Counted from the first letter of the whole stretch, positions 25,690 through 39,606 are shown. The stretch is DNA of 63,205 bases, filler included, from Octopus bimaculoides (GCF_001194135.2; 8 parts of 8 records of this genome joined end to end with filler, not necessarily neighbours in it), one strand, 5' to 3'. The notes: generated by a model not told the origin, from the sequence alone. A program made the numbers and translations.

Positions 25690-28100
25690 ACTGCGAAAGC
25701 GAGCGTTTGAACCTGTATTAAATCTAATAATTCTTTCGGAGTGTCTATTCACAAGTTTTTTTGTTTTTTTTAAATAAAAGTGCATATAGCGCCTCCTCAG
25801 AACAGAGATTGCAAGACTTGGAAAATGTATGGAACGGATATGCATTTTTTATTACCGTCCATATGATATTGCATTGCACTTTTCATTTCTTAAGTTTCCG
25901 AACCAGTTCAGCCAGTGATGTGCAGTGTCACTAGTTAATGTTTTTAAACGATGCAATGTAATTTCGTTATTGATGTTTGAAGCAATCAGTGGCCGTACCA
26001 ATACTTACAATACTTACAAATGCACCTGCCCTTCACTACTATACTTGTTGTTGTTTCTAGTACTACTATTATTGAGATTTTCATCATTTCCATTATAACT
26101 CATTATTTTTGTTATATTCTATTTTTATCAGAATTATTTGGACGGACTTGATTTCTTTCTTCTTTATTATTGTAATCATTATTTGAAGTATTATTTCAGT
26201 CTTTACCCCCAGCTCCCCCTCCCGCCCACTAATGGTGTTGATAATCTCCTGGTTTAGCTTCTTATTATTGAGTTTACGAATGAGATATTTTAAGTTAGTA
26301 GATGTTGCATATGATAATTTTACCGTATGTCTATCAAAGATCTTGTGGTACTTTTTAGATTTCGGAAAGTGCTGATCCAATGTAAAGAAATCCCTAGCAG
26401 TCTTGGATGATTGATGGGATCAGAAAATTGGACTATACCACGAAACATTGCATTTTTAATACTTGTTGTTCGTTTTACTATGGTTAGTATAATCTGTGGT
26501 AGTGTCACTATCTTAGGAATTCGAGTTAGACTTATAATATTTAGATTAGCCCTATATTTCTCTTTACTTTTATTTATTGTACAGTTTTGTCGCTTTCTTG
26601 ATTTAAGACGACTACCTACATCTATTTCGTGTTTATAATTTCTTCTAAAGTATGGTCCAGTATTATTATTCTTGTTGCTATAAGATTATTATTAGATACG
26701 TATTTGATTTGCTCAGTATATCCGGCCCTAGCTTATGTTAGATTCTAATTATGTGCATACAAGTTAGATATCATTTCATTTGCCAAAAGTCTTAGATATT
26801 CGATTATATTTATTATTTACAATCCCTTTTATGACAGAGAGTGGGGAGGATGATTGGATTTTTTATTAAATTACCTTGTTAATGGTATGATACAAGTAAT
26901 CTGGTATCCAGACTAAATGTTACATAAAAAATATCTACCTTACAGTAATTATTTTCTCTAATAACAAATAGTTCGAAATTTTTGAAGAATTTAAGCAGTC
27001 GTAAGAAATGACTATTTAAATTCTTACATCTCTCCATCTGTACTTTACTACACTTATCTAATATGAAGAGAGCATCATTCCTATACTGACCGTCCCGCCA
27101 CCGCCATTTTAAGAAACCAGAACTCCATCTAGAATAGGATGTATATTCCGAGGAGATCAGTGACTTGCGCTGAGTCGTTGGATTCCATTGCTATGTCGAA
27201 ACAGTCAACCCTATGACATCTCGCCCACAGTTTATTATTGAAATCTATCAGAGTGCTAGGTGCAGCTAGTATTATATCTGTATCCGACCCAGTTAAATCA
27301 GAATTGCGCATAGCAAAATTAGAACCTTATTAAGTAGAACTGGATTAATAGTAGAATAATAGTTTGATACGTCAAGTTGTATAAATTTGCTACTATTTTT
27401 ATTCTCTAATCTTTTGATCCATCCAATAACCTCTTATGTACCTAACCATAATGTGAGTTTAATCTTGGATTTAAAATTCGGTAGTATTCTGTCAATAATA
27501 TTTTTACTAATCCTACCTATATCCGACTGAGAGGGGCATATTAGTCTATCAAAATTAATCATGTGGTCCTTTAAGTTAATTCTCGTTTTTTTTTTGTTGG
27601 AGGCATATAAGCTCGGTTCTATTTGCTATTCTTAGTCCAGTAACCATTTCAAAGCCCTTACTATTTATACTGGTCAATGCATCTTTTGGTACATGTCTAT
27701 ACTTACTACAAAGTTCTTTCCTGATTATTTTTTTTTTTATAGAGTGTGGTATTAAATATACAAAATACCAGTTTTATCTGCAGGTACCAATATGACCGAC
27801 GCTCTTTTAAATTCCAGGATTTTTCTCAGTTATTTTATCTAGTTCCTCCTCAAAGGGTGTCACGTGTCGATTGGGTGGTGGGTTTCTCAAGGATTTAAAT
27901 TCCTGCTCATGTGTATTTTCGAACCTTTCTTTTCGAAGAACAACGCTTTCCAACGCATTCTTCGGATAAAGGAACTTGTATTCTATGTCAGTTCATTCCA
28001 TTTTCTATCATTTATCTATATATGTAAACTTTACGGATACTATGGAAATCTTGATGTATATCCAGTAACAAGAGCATTTCCATTGTATGATGACACCAGG
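25690..28100 (-). mobile_element. Near full-length, heavily decayed Penelope-like element (RT + C-terminal GIY-YIG)
   Basis: FIRRMRWKALFF; NLKDHMINF; SDIGRISKNIIDRI; QLDVSNYYSTI; FDIAMESNDSAQVTDLLGIYIL; YRND (YxDD); DQHFPKSKKYHKIFDRHTVKLSY; IGT..FK; SCNLCSEE. Confidence 0.88.
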
Positions 28101-28639
28101 TAGTCAATAACTATGAACTAGCTCTACATAGTATACAAGTTTTTTTTTTTACCCGAATTTTATTTAACTACATATGTATCCTTATAAAAAGCAAAGTTTG
28201 TTTGTCAGTGGACCACTGAAAACACTAAATAGAATTGATAATATTTCAGGTTTCTCGTGCATTTATTTTCCGAAAACGGAATGGGGCGGGGACGAGATGG
28301 TGGTGTACTAGTTCCTATTTCTAACAATCCACGTGCTGTCTATTTCACCATAATGCTTTTTACAAAGAGAAAAAATACTCCACCTATCACTCAATTCACC
28401 TCCAACTTTCTCTAAGTTTATACATTTCATTTATTCCTTTGAAGTCGCCGCTGGACCTCTGCTTTCTCTCTATATCTCTATCTCTCTCATTATCTCCTCC
28501 CCTCTCTCTCTGGTTGTATATGCGTCTCTCTCTCACTACCGCTACCACTTGAGACAGAGGGAAAGAGACAGACGACAGACAGACACACACACACACACAC
28601 ACACATATATAATTGTATGTGTATATATATATATATATA

Positions 28640-29486
28640 CTAGCGAGCCTCACCATCTCAACGAGGAGTGGTTGTGTGAACGAGCAATCCTAGTCCCCCA
28701 AAACATTACAGCAAATGCCATTAACAAAGATCTCTTACAAATGAACTCTGGAGGTAGCCACATCAATAAATCAATCGACAAAGTTGTCGTCGAGGACGAT
28801 GCTGTTCCTTATCCTGTTGAATTCCTCAACAGTCTGGAACCGTCCGGCATGCCGCCACACAACCTTGAATTGAAGAAGGGCGCAGTCATCATGCTTCTCA
28901 GAAACCTGGATCAGCCAAGACTGTGCAATGGTACACGTATGGTTGTAACTGGACTACAGCCTCACATTATCAAAGCAAAAATCCTCACTGGATGTAGTAA
29001 GGGAGACATTGTATTTATACCTAGAATACCGCTGATACCAACAGATGTCCCCTTTCATTTCAAACGATTGCAATTCCCAGTGAGAGTCAGTTACGCAATG
29101 GCCATTAACAAGTCTCGAGGTTAAGCACTGCAGAATGTCGGTCCCATTTAGAATGGGGCTGTTTCTCACATGGTCAATTGTATGTAGGTTGTTTCAGAAT
29201 AGGAAGCTCACAGAAATACTTCATATACGATCCAAAGAAAAAAGTTTAAAGATTGTATATACTGAAGTTGTGTAAATGATTTATAATGTTCGTACAATAC
29301 ATTTCTCTATTATTATCTATATTACTCTCTGTATTTGGATATTCTAAATAAATCTTTAAAATTATGTTATGCAATATTTAAATACCTTTTCACAACTTTT
29401 ATTGAATGAAAATGGGCAATATGATAGATGCAAATATATGCCTTAAGAATATATTTCAACACCGTACAGACCGGGAGGCCTGCTAG
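28640..29486 (+). mobile_element. Helitron 3' fragment (PIF1-like helicase C-terminus)
   Basis: ERAILVP, PVEFLNSLEPSGMPPHNLELKKGAVIMLLRNL..LCNGTR, RLQFPVRVSYAMAINKS, CFSHGQLYV; subterminal ccg..cgg hairpin and terminal CTAG at 29483-29486. Confidence 0.92.
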
Positions 29487-29625
29487 CATATATATATATA
29501 TATATATANNNNNNNNNNNNNNNNNNNNNNNNNNNNNNNNNNNNNNNNNNNNTTAATTAATTAANNNNNNNNNNNNNNNNNNNNNNNNNNNNNNNNNNNN
29601 NNNNNNNNATTGGAAATATACATAC

Positions 29626-29662
<37 letters not shown>

Positions 29663-29700
29663 AAGGATCACTGAGTAATTTTCAGCAGAGTTTCATATTT

Positions 29701-29740
29701 ACTTCGACGTTTCGGCTTAATTGCCTTCATCAGACTGTGA
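29701..29740 (-). ncRNA. Hammerhead ribozyme core motif (second family)
   Basis: CUGAUGA A GGC aauuaa GCC GAAAC GUC; stem I poorly paired. Confidence 0.5.
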
Positions 29741-30153
29741 CATGATTTTCCAATCTTTGTATTATAGTTTTATGCTTTTTTTTGGTGGGGGGCACTATTC
29801 ACCTGGAAGGTGAAGCAATAGATAACAAAAATTGGTGTTCTGTAAAACAGCTTGTAGAGAGAAAGGAGAGGTAGTTGCGTAAAATGTTGGCTGGAAGAAA
29901 CCCTATATGCACGTATGAGATAAGAAAGGATGGTCGAGACATCTTCACTGGTTCAACAAAAATATTTTGGGTCGGGTTGGGTTGGTAACAACTACTTAAT
30001 CGGTTATATTTATTACGAAGAATTGTTAGCTTGTATGTTATCGTTTTGTTCATCGGATCAGGTATGCAAAACCAGGAGCCGATGGTTAGATTTGTATAGG
30101 AATTCATGTGGTAGACATTCATGTCACAATTTTGTGGTTACTTGAAGGGATAT

Positions 30154-30195
<42 letters not shown>

Positions 30196-30350
30196 AAGAG
30201 AGAGAGAGTGAGACATTCATATATTACATATACATACATCTTTATACAAACATACACACACATAAATATATATGTACATACGCACACATATATGTACATA
30301 CACACATACACGCACATATATATGTACACACACATCCACATATATATGTG

Positions 30351-30384
<34 letters not shown>

Positions 30385-30506
30385 TATATATATATCCACA
30401 CAGCGATAGAAAGACAGAGGCGGTAGAGTGAAAAAATATATAGATGCAATGCAATACACAGTGCGGACATTGAGTATTTTAATCTTTTCAAACATAAAAA
30501 CATTGA

Positions 30507-30537
<31 letters not shown>

Positions 30538-31289
30538 TGTGTGTGTGTGGGAGAGTCGACTAACACAATTGAAGCCTGAACAGTTTTATGTATTTCAATG
30601 AACGCTGGCAGTTCTGTGTTTACTGTTATTAACACTGTCGCCGTGTTAACAAACACATCATCAACAGACTGATGGCCGTTGGTGTGAAGAGAAATAGCTT
30701 TGTGAAAGATCCTTCGCTTCTTTTGAGTAATATTGCTTCTTTTCTTCATATATTTTAATTTATTTTCGCAAATACCGTTTTCTAGTCAAAAACTGGTAAA
30801 AACCAGCCGATCTGTAACTGACCACCACGCCTCTGGATTTTTTATTTTCATTCCTACAACCATTGGACCCATCTCGTTGTTGTCTTCTGCTAGATTTCCA
30901 AGGATCAGAGTGCACCGTCTGTATGTTCAGACCCTCTCGATAAATCGCTTGGTGGATTGTAGCAACAGGCTTATTACCAAAATATGCCAGTCTCAGGAAA
31001 AACACGCCAATCTTGAAAGCGTGGGCCTTCCTTTAATACAAGAGAGATTATACAAGACTGACAAAAAATAAATATTTAAATAAATAAATAAATACGAAAT
31101 AAACGCGAGAGCAAAGCTGTAAAAAACGATGTTATCGAAGGCGGGAGCCCGAGATATTCAGTGACTAATGTATACAAGTTATTGCTTGCATTTATGAAAT
31201 ACTGTATGTAGTGTGAAGACATTCAATGGCAATTTTTGATTCTGTTAGTATGGTGGTTGTGTTTGGTTATACTGGCTATTATTTGAAGG

Positions 31290-32963
31290 TGATTTATCTA
31301 ATGTATGAGATTTTAGTTTAAAACGTGGAAGACTGACATATGATAGCCATGAGAAAAATCTTATGATGAAAGAATGGATATGAAAATAGGACATATTGTT
31401 TACAGTGAAAAGATTTGTCTTAAATTCACAGAATTTTTCTGAAAAGAACAACAGCTGTGTTCCTCCAGGAAATTTAGTGTTGTTATAAAGAAAGACCCAA
31501 GCCCATCGGCAGAAAATGCCAAGCAGAAGACAATATCTTTGGATAAAGCAGACTCAATATCTGGAAAAACAAATGGAAGAATGGGTAGAAAATAAGAGAA
31601 AAAAAATGGATATATTTTTAGCAACATTGCATGTAAAATTCCAAGCAAAGGAAATATCAAAAGACCAGAAATATACAATTAGATAATTTTTTTCAAATTT
31701 TGAAATGGGTGGCGCCAGAGATTTTTCGGAAGGCATTCTTTAGCCGTACGTCAGAAAACAAAAAGTTTCACAGAAATTCTTCATTGATTTGGTGATAAGT
31801 TTATAAAGTTTCGTAGTTTTATAATAAAAAGTTGTATAATTTTGAACTTAGTCAAACTGGGAACATGGATGAAATGTAAAAACCATGTTTTTTTTTTTTA
31901 GTTTTTGACATGTCAGTAAATAAAATTCTGGATATAATATGTAGAACTATCTATGTTAGAACAAGACATGGGGAAGAAAAATAAATAAAAAAAACACACT
32001 TTGCTGCAGTTTTGTGGGTGTCTGGCTGATGGAACTAAAACTAAGTCCTATGGTTATTTTTAAAAGAAAGACTATTTTAAAGAAAGCAAACAATTTCTAC
32101 GCAATTATTGTTCACTGCAGCCTGAAGACTGGATCAAAGGGAAGGCAGACATACGTTTATAACTGAGAGAATTATGGGATCAATGATCTGGCTGACCTTT
32201 AAGAAAGCCTGCAATATTGCTGTGGGCTCAGTTTAGGGTTTACCTTACTAAGAAAATGAAATACTTATTGAAAGAAATAAAAACTCATCAAGCTGTAATT
32301 CTATGTAGTTTGGCAAATATCCTTCAGTCCATCGATCGTGTTTTGAACAGACCTCTTACAGATGAAGTTAGGAAGTAGAAGATACCATGCCTACTGTCAT
32401 CTGATAATAACGAAGTGGAAGAGACAACAATAAATAATTTTAAAAAGCTTGGCTTCATTACAATTTCCACTTGGGTTAAAGTGACTTGGAAAGCTTTACT
32501 TATTACAAATGGTTTCCAAGAACTTTTTAAAGACTGGCATCAATAGTAAATTGGATGAAACTGAAGATAACATCTTGGTGGAATAATCAAGATGCAAGTA
32601 TAGACACCACTACAAATTTAAATTAAGAAAAAGATGATGAAATAATGGGAAAGGACTTTGATAGAAGGTTAAACCAAGATGGCTTTCAAGTGATAAACTC
32701 AATTTATGACCAATGACCAGCTTCCGCGACAGCCATCGCTCAATCATTAAACAAAAACTTATTGAGCAGAAATAAGAACCTGGCCAGTTTTAATGTTTGT
32801 GTTCTAGCTTTTTTTTGGTTATTTCGCATTTCATGAGTTTTATGTTTTATAATTCGCTGCGATATAACTTTGGCTTGTTAAGACAAATTCATACGAAACT
32901 ATGGCAGTTTTCGTGCGGTTACGTTTTATTCGAGATCGTATAAATACGATCGAGTAAATACGG
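31290..32963 (+). mobile_element. Decayed pogo/Tigger-family transposon
   Basis: TGNMDE, FDM, ADGTKLSPMVIFKRK, ILQSIDRVLNRP; right TIR gatcgagtaaatacgg + TA. Confidence 0.8.
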
Positions 32964-33010
32964 TAAATGTGTTTGGTCAGAACAGCAGTATAAAGCATAC
33001 ATACATTAAG

Positions 33011-33190
33011 GCCGTGAGCTGGCAGAACGGTTAATGGCATTTCGTCCGTTTTTACGTTCTGAGATAAAATTCTAGCGTTTATCCTTTCGGGGACAATAAA
33101 ATAAGCACCAGTCGAGCTTTGGGTTCGATGTAATCAACTTAACCCCACTCACTAAAGTGTTGGTCTTGTGCTAAAATTCGAAACCAATAT
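33011..33190 (+). mobile_element. Degenerate CORE-type SINE
   Basis: gagctggcagaacggtt...tttatcctttcggggacaataaaataagcaccagt. Confidence 0.75.
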
Positions 33191-33276
33191 AAAGCATATT
33201 TTGGATAACTTAGTCTTAATACACATTGTCTAAATATGAGACTGGATAGTTTTTGTTTATAGGCCTTCTCTATTAA

Positions 33277-33499
33277 CCCATTAAGTCCCACTGTCCTATA
33301 AATAGGACACTAAACGAGAACATTAAATAAGCTATATCACATTGTCTCAGTGTCCTATCTATAGGACACCGAGTATTTCCATTTCTACTTGAAGTAAAGG
33401 AATTTTAATAATTATTTTTTTCATTTTAACCTATTTTCAATCATCTGTAAACATTTAAAAGTAATATTCAGAACTTTCAGTACTCTGGGACTTAATGGG
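33277..33499. mobile_element. piggyBac-type MITE
   Basis: TTAA TSDs (33273-76, 33500-03); 14-bp TIR CCCATTAAGTCCCA; two internal tgtccta..taggaca palindromes. Confidence 0.9.
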
Positions 33500-33693
33500 T
33501 TAAGGCTAACTCAGATTCAATAACAAAGAGCAAAACACATTAGGTGAATGTTGTGTTTCGATCCATTATCTCTGAAAAAAAAAATAATAAACGGGCATAG
33601 CTGGATCGTCTGTGATCACATGTCAGCTGAATCAGAGATGGGGATAAGAAGAACACAACTGGTACGCCATAGGTTGCGACGACAAAAGAAGAA

Positions 33694-33835
33694 TGAGCGA
33701 AGGGAAGGATAGTATAACGATGAGCGAAAGGAAGGATAACATAATGATGAGCGAAGGAAAGGATAATATTATGAAAAAATGAGCGAAGGGAAGGATTAAT
33801 ACAATCAAGAAATGAGTGAAAAAACGGAATAATAG
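33694..33835. repeat. Minisatellite of about 27-33 bp (atgagcgaagggaaggata...), 4-5 units
   Basis: Direct tandem copies inside a purine-rich tract extending to about 34520. Confidence 0.8.
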
Positions 33836-34192
33836 AAAGAAAGTGAGAAAGGAAGAAGTGAAGTTGAAAATTAATGACCAAAGAACGAGCGTAAGTGTTC
33901 AAAGGAAGGGAAAAATGGCGGAAACTATAAATAAATAGAATGATTTAATTGCTAAGATGTTGAGCGTAAAGTGATATTAGACACTGGAAGCACCAATTTG
34001 AGGGAGAAAAATGACACAGGACAAAATGGAGAGAAAGTAAAAATAGAAAGGAAGGAAAAACAGAAGAAAGAATAAAAGAAAATATTACAAGTGGAAGTCA
34101 GAAAGAAGAAAGAATAAAAACAATTAAATGAAAGAAAAATAAATCAATGAAACAAAAATAATGAATAGAAAGAGGACGGAAAAGAGAAGGAA

Positions 34193-34223
<31 letters not shown>

Positions 34224-34851
34224 ATGAATAAATAAATAAGAAAAGCAAGAAATAGAGGTCAATGAATGAATAAATAAATAAATGAATAAAACGGAAGAAA
34301 TACGGAAGAAGAAAAGAAATGAAGTGAAATAAATAAATAAATAAATAAAACAAAAAGGATTAAGGAATTAAAGAAGGGAAAAAAGAGCGAGAACATGGAG
34401 AGGAATAAATAAAACAAATAAAATAACGAAAGAAATAAATAAAAAAGAATAACATAAAAAAATGATCAAAGGAAATGTAAAAAATTAGAATTATGAACAA
34501 AGAAACGAAGGAAGAAAAACTAAGCAATCAATTATTCACGAAGTTAGCAGCTTTTAAGGTGTAGTAAGTAATGGTAAATTGCTAAATGTCTTTTAAATCC
34601 TGAAATGGTGGAGGAACCATCGACAGGAAAAGTGCTTTAAGTCGGTTTAATTTTCGATTCCATGGCTTGAAGCGGATGGTAATAATTAATAATCTCATGG
34701 ATAGACCGTCAGTCTACCGCAAGTGACGAGACAGCATTCACTACCTCTAAAAGCCACTCAACAGCACGTTCCTTGTATGAAGTCACTTGGCCAGACACTC
34801 CGCTTGTTCATCCACTGCCATGAGATCGTCTTCACTCTTTTTTAAACATTA

Positions 34852-35064
34852 CGATGGGGTGCTGAAAAGTTCCTGGCTTTGGGTAAAATAAAATAAAGGA
34901 GGGCCAGTAAATTATTTCATTCAACATATTCTCCTCTCAGATTCACACACTTATTGCAGCGGTCCTTCAGTTTTTCTAAGTCCTGTAAAAGAACCCGGAA
35001 GGTTAGGCCTCCAACCAGGCCTTTCGCGATTCCCTTAAAGCCAGCAACTTTTGAGCACCCCTCA
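34852..35064. mobile_element. mariner-type MITE
   Basis: TA flanks; TIRs cgatggggtgctgaaaagttcctggctt / aagccagcaacttttgagcacccctca. Confidence 0.85.
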
Positions 35065-35369
35065 TATTTTTACTCTTGTTCCTACACTAGCCTTTGATCC
35101 TCAGTGTAAGATGGTCTTGTGGTATCTCTACTCAAGAACTCCTGATTCCCTCGTCAATCCATCACCTATTTCTTCCTTTCTTTCTTTCTTTCTTTCTTTA
35201 CCTCTACTACATTAAAATCTATTCATCGGTGTTAGTTGTGTCATACTGCTTATACTCATCACTTACTACTCTCGTGATCCATACGTAGAGTCAGACAAGT
35301 GCGAAACGTGAGTGAAAAAGTGTAGAAATATAAAGCAAGGAAGGAACAATGGCAAAAGTGTACAATGGA

Positions 35370-35717
35370 AGGTAGATAGATAAATAGATAGATAAATAAG
35401 TAGACAGACAAATAGATAGATATATAAACAGACAAATAGATAGATGAATAGATAGATAGATAAATAGATAGGGAGACAGATAAATAAATAGGTAGATAGA
35501 CAGACAAATAGATAGATAGATAGACGGATAAATAGATAGATAAATAGATAGCCAGACAAATAGATAGATAGATAGATAGATAGATAGACAAATAGATAGA
35601 GAGATAGATAGACAAATAGATAGAGAGATAGATAGACAAACAAATAGATAGAGAGATAGATAGACAAATAGATAGAGATAGATAGACAAACAAATAGATA
35701 GATAGATAGACAAACAA

Positions 35718-35770
<53 letters not shown>

Positions 35771-35825
35771 TAGACAGACAGACAGATAGACAGACAGATA
35801 GACAGATAGATAGATAAATAGATAC
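35370..35825. repeat. (GATA)n/(GACA)n tetranucleotide microsatellite
   Basis: Direct. Confidence 0.95.
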
Positions 35826-36659
35826 AAGTAATAGTCACTGATGAAAAATTTTATCTTTCTAAACTTAGAAGATTTGATAGAAAAGGAAGGACAACAAAGC
35901 AAGCAGTTTGTGAAATAAAATGACGTGACCACAAAAAAGAAAAACTCAACAACAATCATCTCCCCCGGAAAAGTGTCTGGCTTCTAAATGGTTTCTTTAT
36001 TGGGTATGTCAGATTTAGAGAACCAGATGTGAAAACAATAGTGATGCCGAACAATTAACCTAAAATTTAGTTCTCCCAAAGTAACGAAATTATCTGTTAC
36101 GCGTGTATAAAACACCTTTTATTGTTTTCGATATGGTGTAATTATCTGATTAGCCATGTAACATGAAGTTTAATTAAAACAGTTTCCAAGCAAGGAATGG
36201 TATAATTAATTCGAATTCTTCATCAGTTTCAGACTGATGAATATTTCAGATCCAGGATGTTTCAGATTTTAAATGACCAAACTAATAATTAATTATATTT
36301 TTCGGGAATTTTTGTTTTATTTTTAACCAAAAATAATTACAGATTCATTTTTATCCAATTATTAATCACTATTTACTGAATTCCCCTCCAGTTCTGGTCA
36401 ATATTGTGTTCCTCTTCTTTCGGGTGTCAATAAAATAATACCAGTAATTCACTGAAGTGCATTAACTCCCCATCACCTTTCTCTCTTGCATCGTTATTAG
36501 AAATCTTCAAACCTTATTGGTTCTGATAAAGATGGCGAATTGTCAGAATTGCTAAAGCAAATGAAACAAACGCCTTATGTTGCTTGTTCCGGTTCTTTAT
36601 ACCCTGAGTTCAAATCCCACCGAGGTCAACTTTATTGGTTTTAAATTTTAGCGTAATCC

Positions 36660-36810
36660 CCGTAGCGTAGTAGTTCGGCAAAACAGAGCGATAGAATAAG
36701 TACTAGGCTTACAAAGACTAAGTCCTGGGTTCGATTTGTTCGACTAAAAGGCGGTGCTCCAGCATGGCCGCAGACAATTGACTGAAACAAATAAAAGAGT
36801 AAAAGAATAC
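36660..36810 (+). mobile_element. Composite SINE second module
   Basis: gttcggcaaaacagagcgatagaataagtactaggcttacaaag...gactgaaacaaataaaagag. Confidence 0.8.
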
Positions 36811-37019
36811 ACATACATAGACACAGAGATATACGTATCTATAGATATATATTTGTATATGCATATATATTTATTATATATTCTTATCTATATATCAAGC
36901 CTAATCATGTTTATCTGCATCCCTATCTCCATAATCAGCTCATCTGGTTTTCTCTTAGAGCCTCTGTTGACCCCATGGACCTAGTCCTCGATAAAGATTT
37001 CCGAGTTTAAGTTCAAATC

Positions 37020-37211
37020 ATTTGAACAGTATTCGCCATGATCGATCGCTGGCCACCAAACCTTTTTTTATTTTCTCTCTCTGTTTATTTCTGTGTTCCT
37101 TTCTGTGGAAGAGCGTAGGCTCAAACCGTAAAAGATTTTCTCACTTCCCGAGCATTAAACTAATACATCTTTTTGTTGTTTACACACCCGTCTTCGTCTT
37201 TTTGTAAATTC

Positions 37212-37215
<4 letters not shown>
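37020..37215 (+). mobile_element. Possible PLE-type terminus with eroded hammerhead, abutting (TA)n
   Basis: CTTT CTGtgGA A GAGC gtag GCTC aAAcC GTA AAAG at 37099-37134 keeps stems I and II but has core substitutions. Confidence 0.4.
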
Positions 37216-37240
<25 letters not shown>

Positions 37241-37242
<2 letters not shown>

Positions 37243-37341
37243 CTTATAGTAAAAATGGATACATAAGGGTAGAAAATCACAGGAATAATACCATATGTCT
37301 TGTGATTTTCCACCCTTATGTATCCATTTTTACTATAAGAT
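37241..37341. repeat. Near-perfect hairpin, 44-bp arms, adjacent to (TA)n
   Basis: atcttatagtaaaaatggatacataagggt.gaaaatcaca.ga and its reverse complement (2 mismatches). Confidence 0.9.
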
Positions 37342-38042
37342 GAATTCTAGCTCATGCTGAGCACTTCAACTCTAGCCCGTCTTTATGTATTGTTATATTA
37401 ACAATACATAATTATACAAAAATTACAGTTTATATATATATATATATATTATATATATATATATATATGCACGCGCAAGAAAATAGACAATAGCAACGTG
37501 ATTTGAAAGAGAACTGTCTCTGTTTTCTAGAAGTTCGATGCTTGCATCGCCTTGCTGGTAGAATTTTAAACTAATTGGTGAAACCGATTGGTTAAATCGA
37601 TTTTTGCAAATGCCTACCCTAGATTCGAACTTAAACCCCCTTGATCTAGAGGCCCCATTATCAGACGCATTCAGGACATTTTACTACTTCAATCTCAAGA
37701 GGTTTGATACAACAATTCACCGATTTAATCAATTTCAGGTCACGGAATAATCGGACAACAAAAACGTCGAGACTCTCACATTATTTGCATTGTCTTCTGC
37801 TAAATATACATAATTATAACAATACTTATTTTGTCCCAGTTAGCAGTTAACGGAAGATTATAATAAGGCAAATAGAGATTACACTAGATAAGATTAAATT
37901 AGATTTATTAACTTCTTGTCTGTCGCAATTATCTGCTGAACAAGATGTTTAACACTTCTCTGTTGTGATGACTTCACCGTGTTTCGATTGATGAAAGTTA
38001 ATATTAAAACAACACTAAAAATTATTTATTATTACTCACCTT

Positions 38043-38252
38043 GAGGTAGCGAACAGGCAGAATCGTTAGCCGGATGAAATGATTAGCGGCATTTCGTCCG
38101 TCTTTACGTTCATTGTTTAGATTCTGCTGAGTTCGACTTTGCCTTTTCATTCTTTCAGGGTCGATAAAATAAGTACCAGTTAAACATTGGGGTCGATGTA
38201 ATCGACTCATCCTCTCACCCAAAATTGCTGCTCTTGTGGCAAAATTTGAAAC

Positions 38253-38255
<3 letters not shown>
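38043..38255 (+). mobile_element. CORE-type SINE
   Basis: Head, core and aaattgctgctcttgtggcaaaatttgaaacc tail followed by (ATT)n. Confidence 0.85.
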
Positions 38256-38285
<30 letters not shown>

Positions 38286-38303
38286 TACTACTACTACTAC
38301 TAC

Positions 38304-38729
38304 CCCTTCTTTCGTAACACAGTGTAGGTAAAAATGCACCGGCGTCTTTAGTCATCTGCCATGTCACAACAAGGACCTCAAACAGATAATACTTTCCTTA
38401 AGATATGCGCTGTGCCCAATAAGGTTGCTTTTTGCAACACATCAGTCTTGCATGGGATTTCCAGTTGCCATAAGAAGTTTTGAAGTTTCAATGGGATTGA
38501 ACCCAACGCTCCGATCACCACTGGTATCACTTTTACATTACCCTCTCGCGTTCCATACAGTCTTGCCATTTCCACTTTCAATTCGGAGCAAGTCTTCACC
38601 ATTATTTATCAAATACTCGGCAAGCGTTCTCCTTTCACTCCTTACACAATGGTCTATATTAATTAGTTCTCTGCCACCATTCTTTCCTTTCATATACAGT
38701 CTGTGTACGTTTGCTTTAGGGTGTAGCGC
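38304..38729 (-). mobile_element. Dong/R4-clade retrotransposon remnant with internal deletion (second family)
   Basis: ALHPKANVHRLYMKGKNGGRELI joined directly to ELKVEMARLY..VIPVVIGALG..LQKATLLGTAHILRKVLSV*; (TAA)n/(TAG)n on both sides. Confidence 0.88.
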
Positions 38730-38761
<32 letters not shown>

Positions 38762-38762
<1 letters not shown>

Positions 38763-38910
38763 ATGCCGAGCGAAATGCGTAGCGATATTTCGTCTGCCGC
38801 TACGTTTCGGTTTCGAATTCCGCCGAGGTCGACGTTTCGGGGTCGATAAATTAAGTACCAGTGAAACACTTGGGTCAATGTAATCAACTAATCCCCTTCC
38901 TCAAAATTAT
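38762..38910 (+). mobile_element. CORE-type SINE, truncated
   Basis: gaattccgccgaggtcgac..cggggtcgataaattaagtaccagt. Confidence 0.8.
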
Positions 38911-39154
38911 TATCATTTATTTATTTATTTATTTATTTATTTATTTCGGAAAAACTAAATGGCCATTTCTTATGATTGTCGAGATAAAACGATCACTTTA
39001 GACAGGATTTACGTAAAGAGAAGTGTGTGTGTGTGTGTGTGTGGTGGGGGAGAAGAACAGATAAACGAACGAAAACTAAAAATGCTGAAAATAACAATTA
39101 CATCATCATCATCACCCTCATCAGTGCCTTGTTTGTATAATCATGTTTTATATA

Positions 39155-39222
<68 letters not shown>

Positions 39223-39552
39223 NNNNNNNNNNGAATCTCTATAAAGCATCTTTCAGAATGATGACAGCTCTCGAAACAACAGCAACAACAACAACAACAA
39301 CAACAACAACTACTACTACTACTACTACTACTACTACGAGGTGAAGAAGCAACAACAACAAGAAGAAGCAAAAATAGAAACTATCGCTGCCATTTCGTTG
39401 CTTCAATGTATCGTGACAAGATTGGAAATGAAAAAAATATTACCAGATTTGTACAACACATAAATACAGGTAGATAGATAGATAGATAGATAGATAGATA
39501 TAGATAGACAGACAGACAGGTAGATAGATGGATGGATAGATGGATAGATATG

Positions 39553-39606
<54 letters not shown>

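Noticed and set aside
30733-31071. 112-aa ORF followed by AATAAA
   Set aside because: No recognisable homology; may be the 5' region of the adjacent pogo element.
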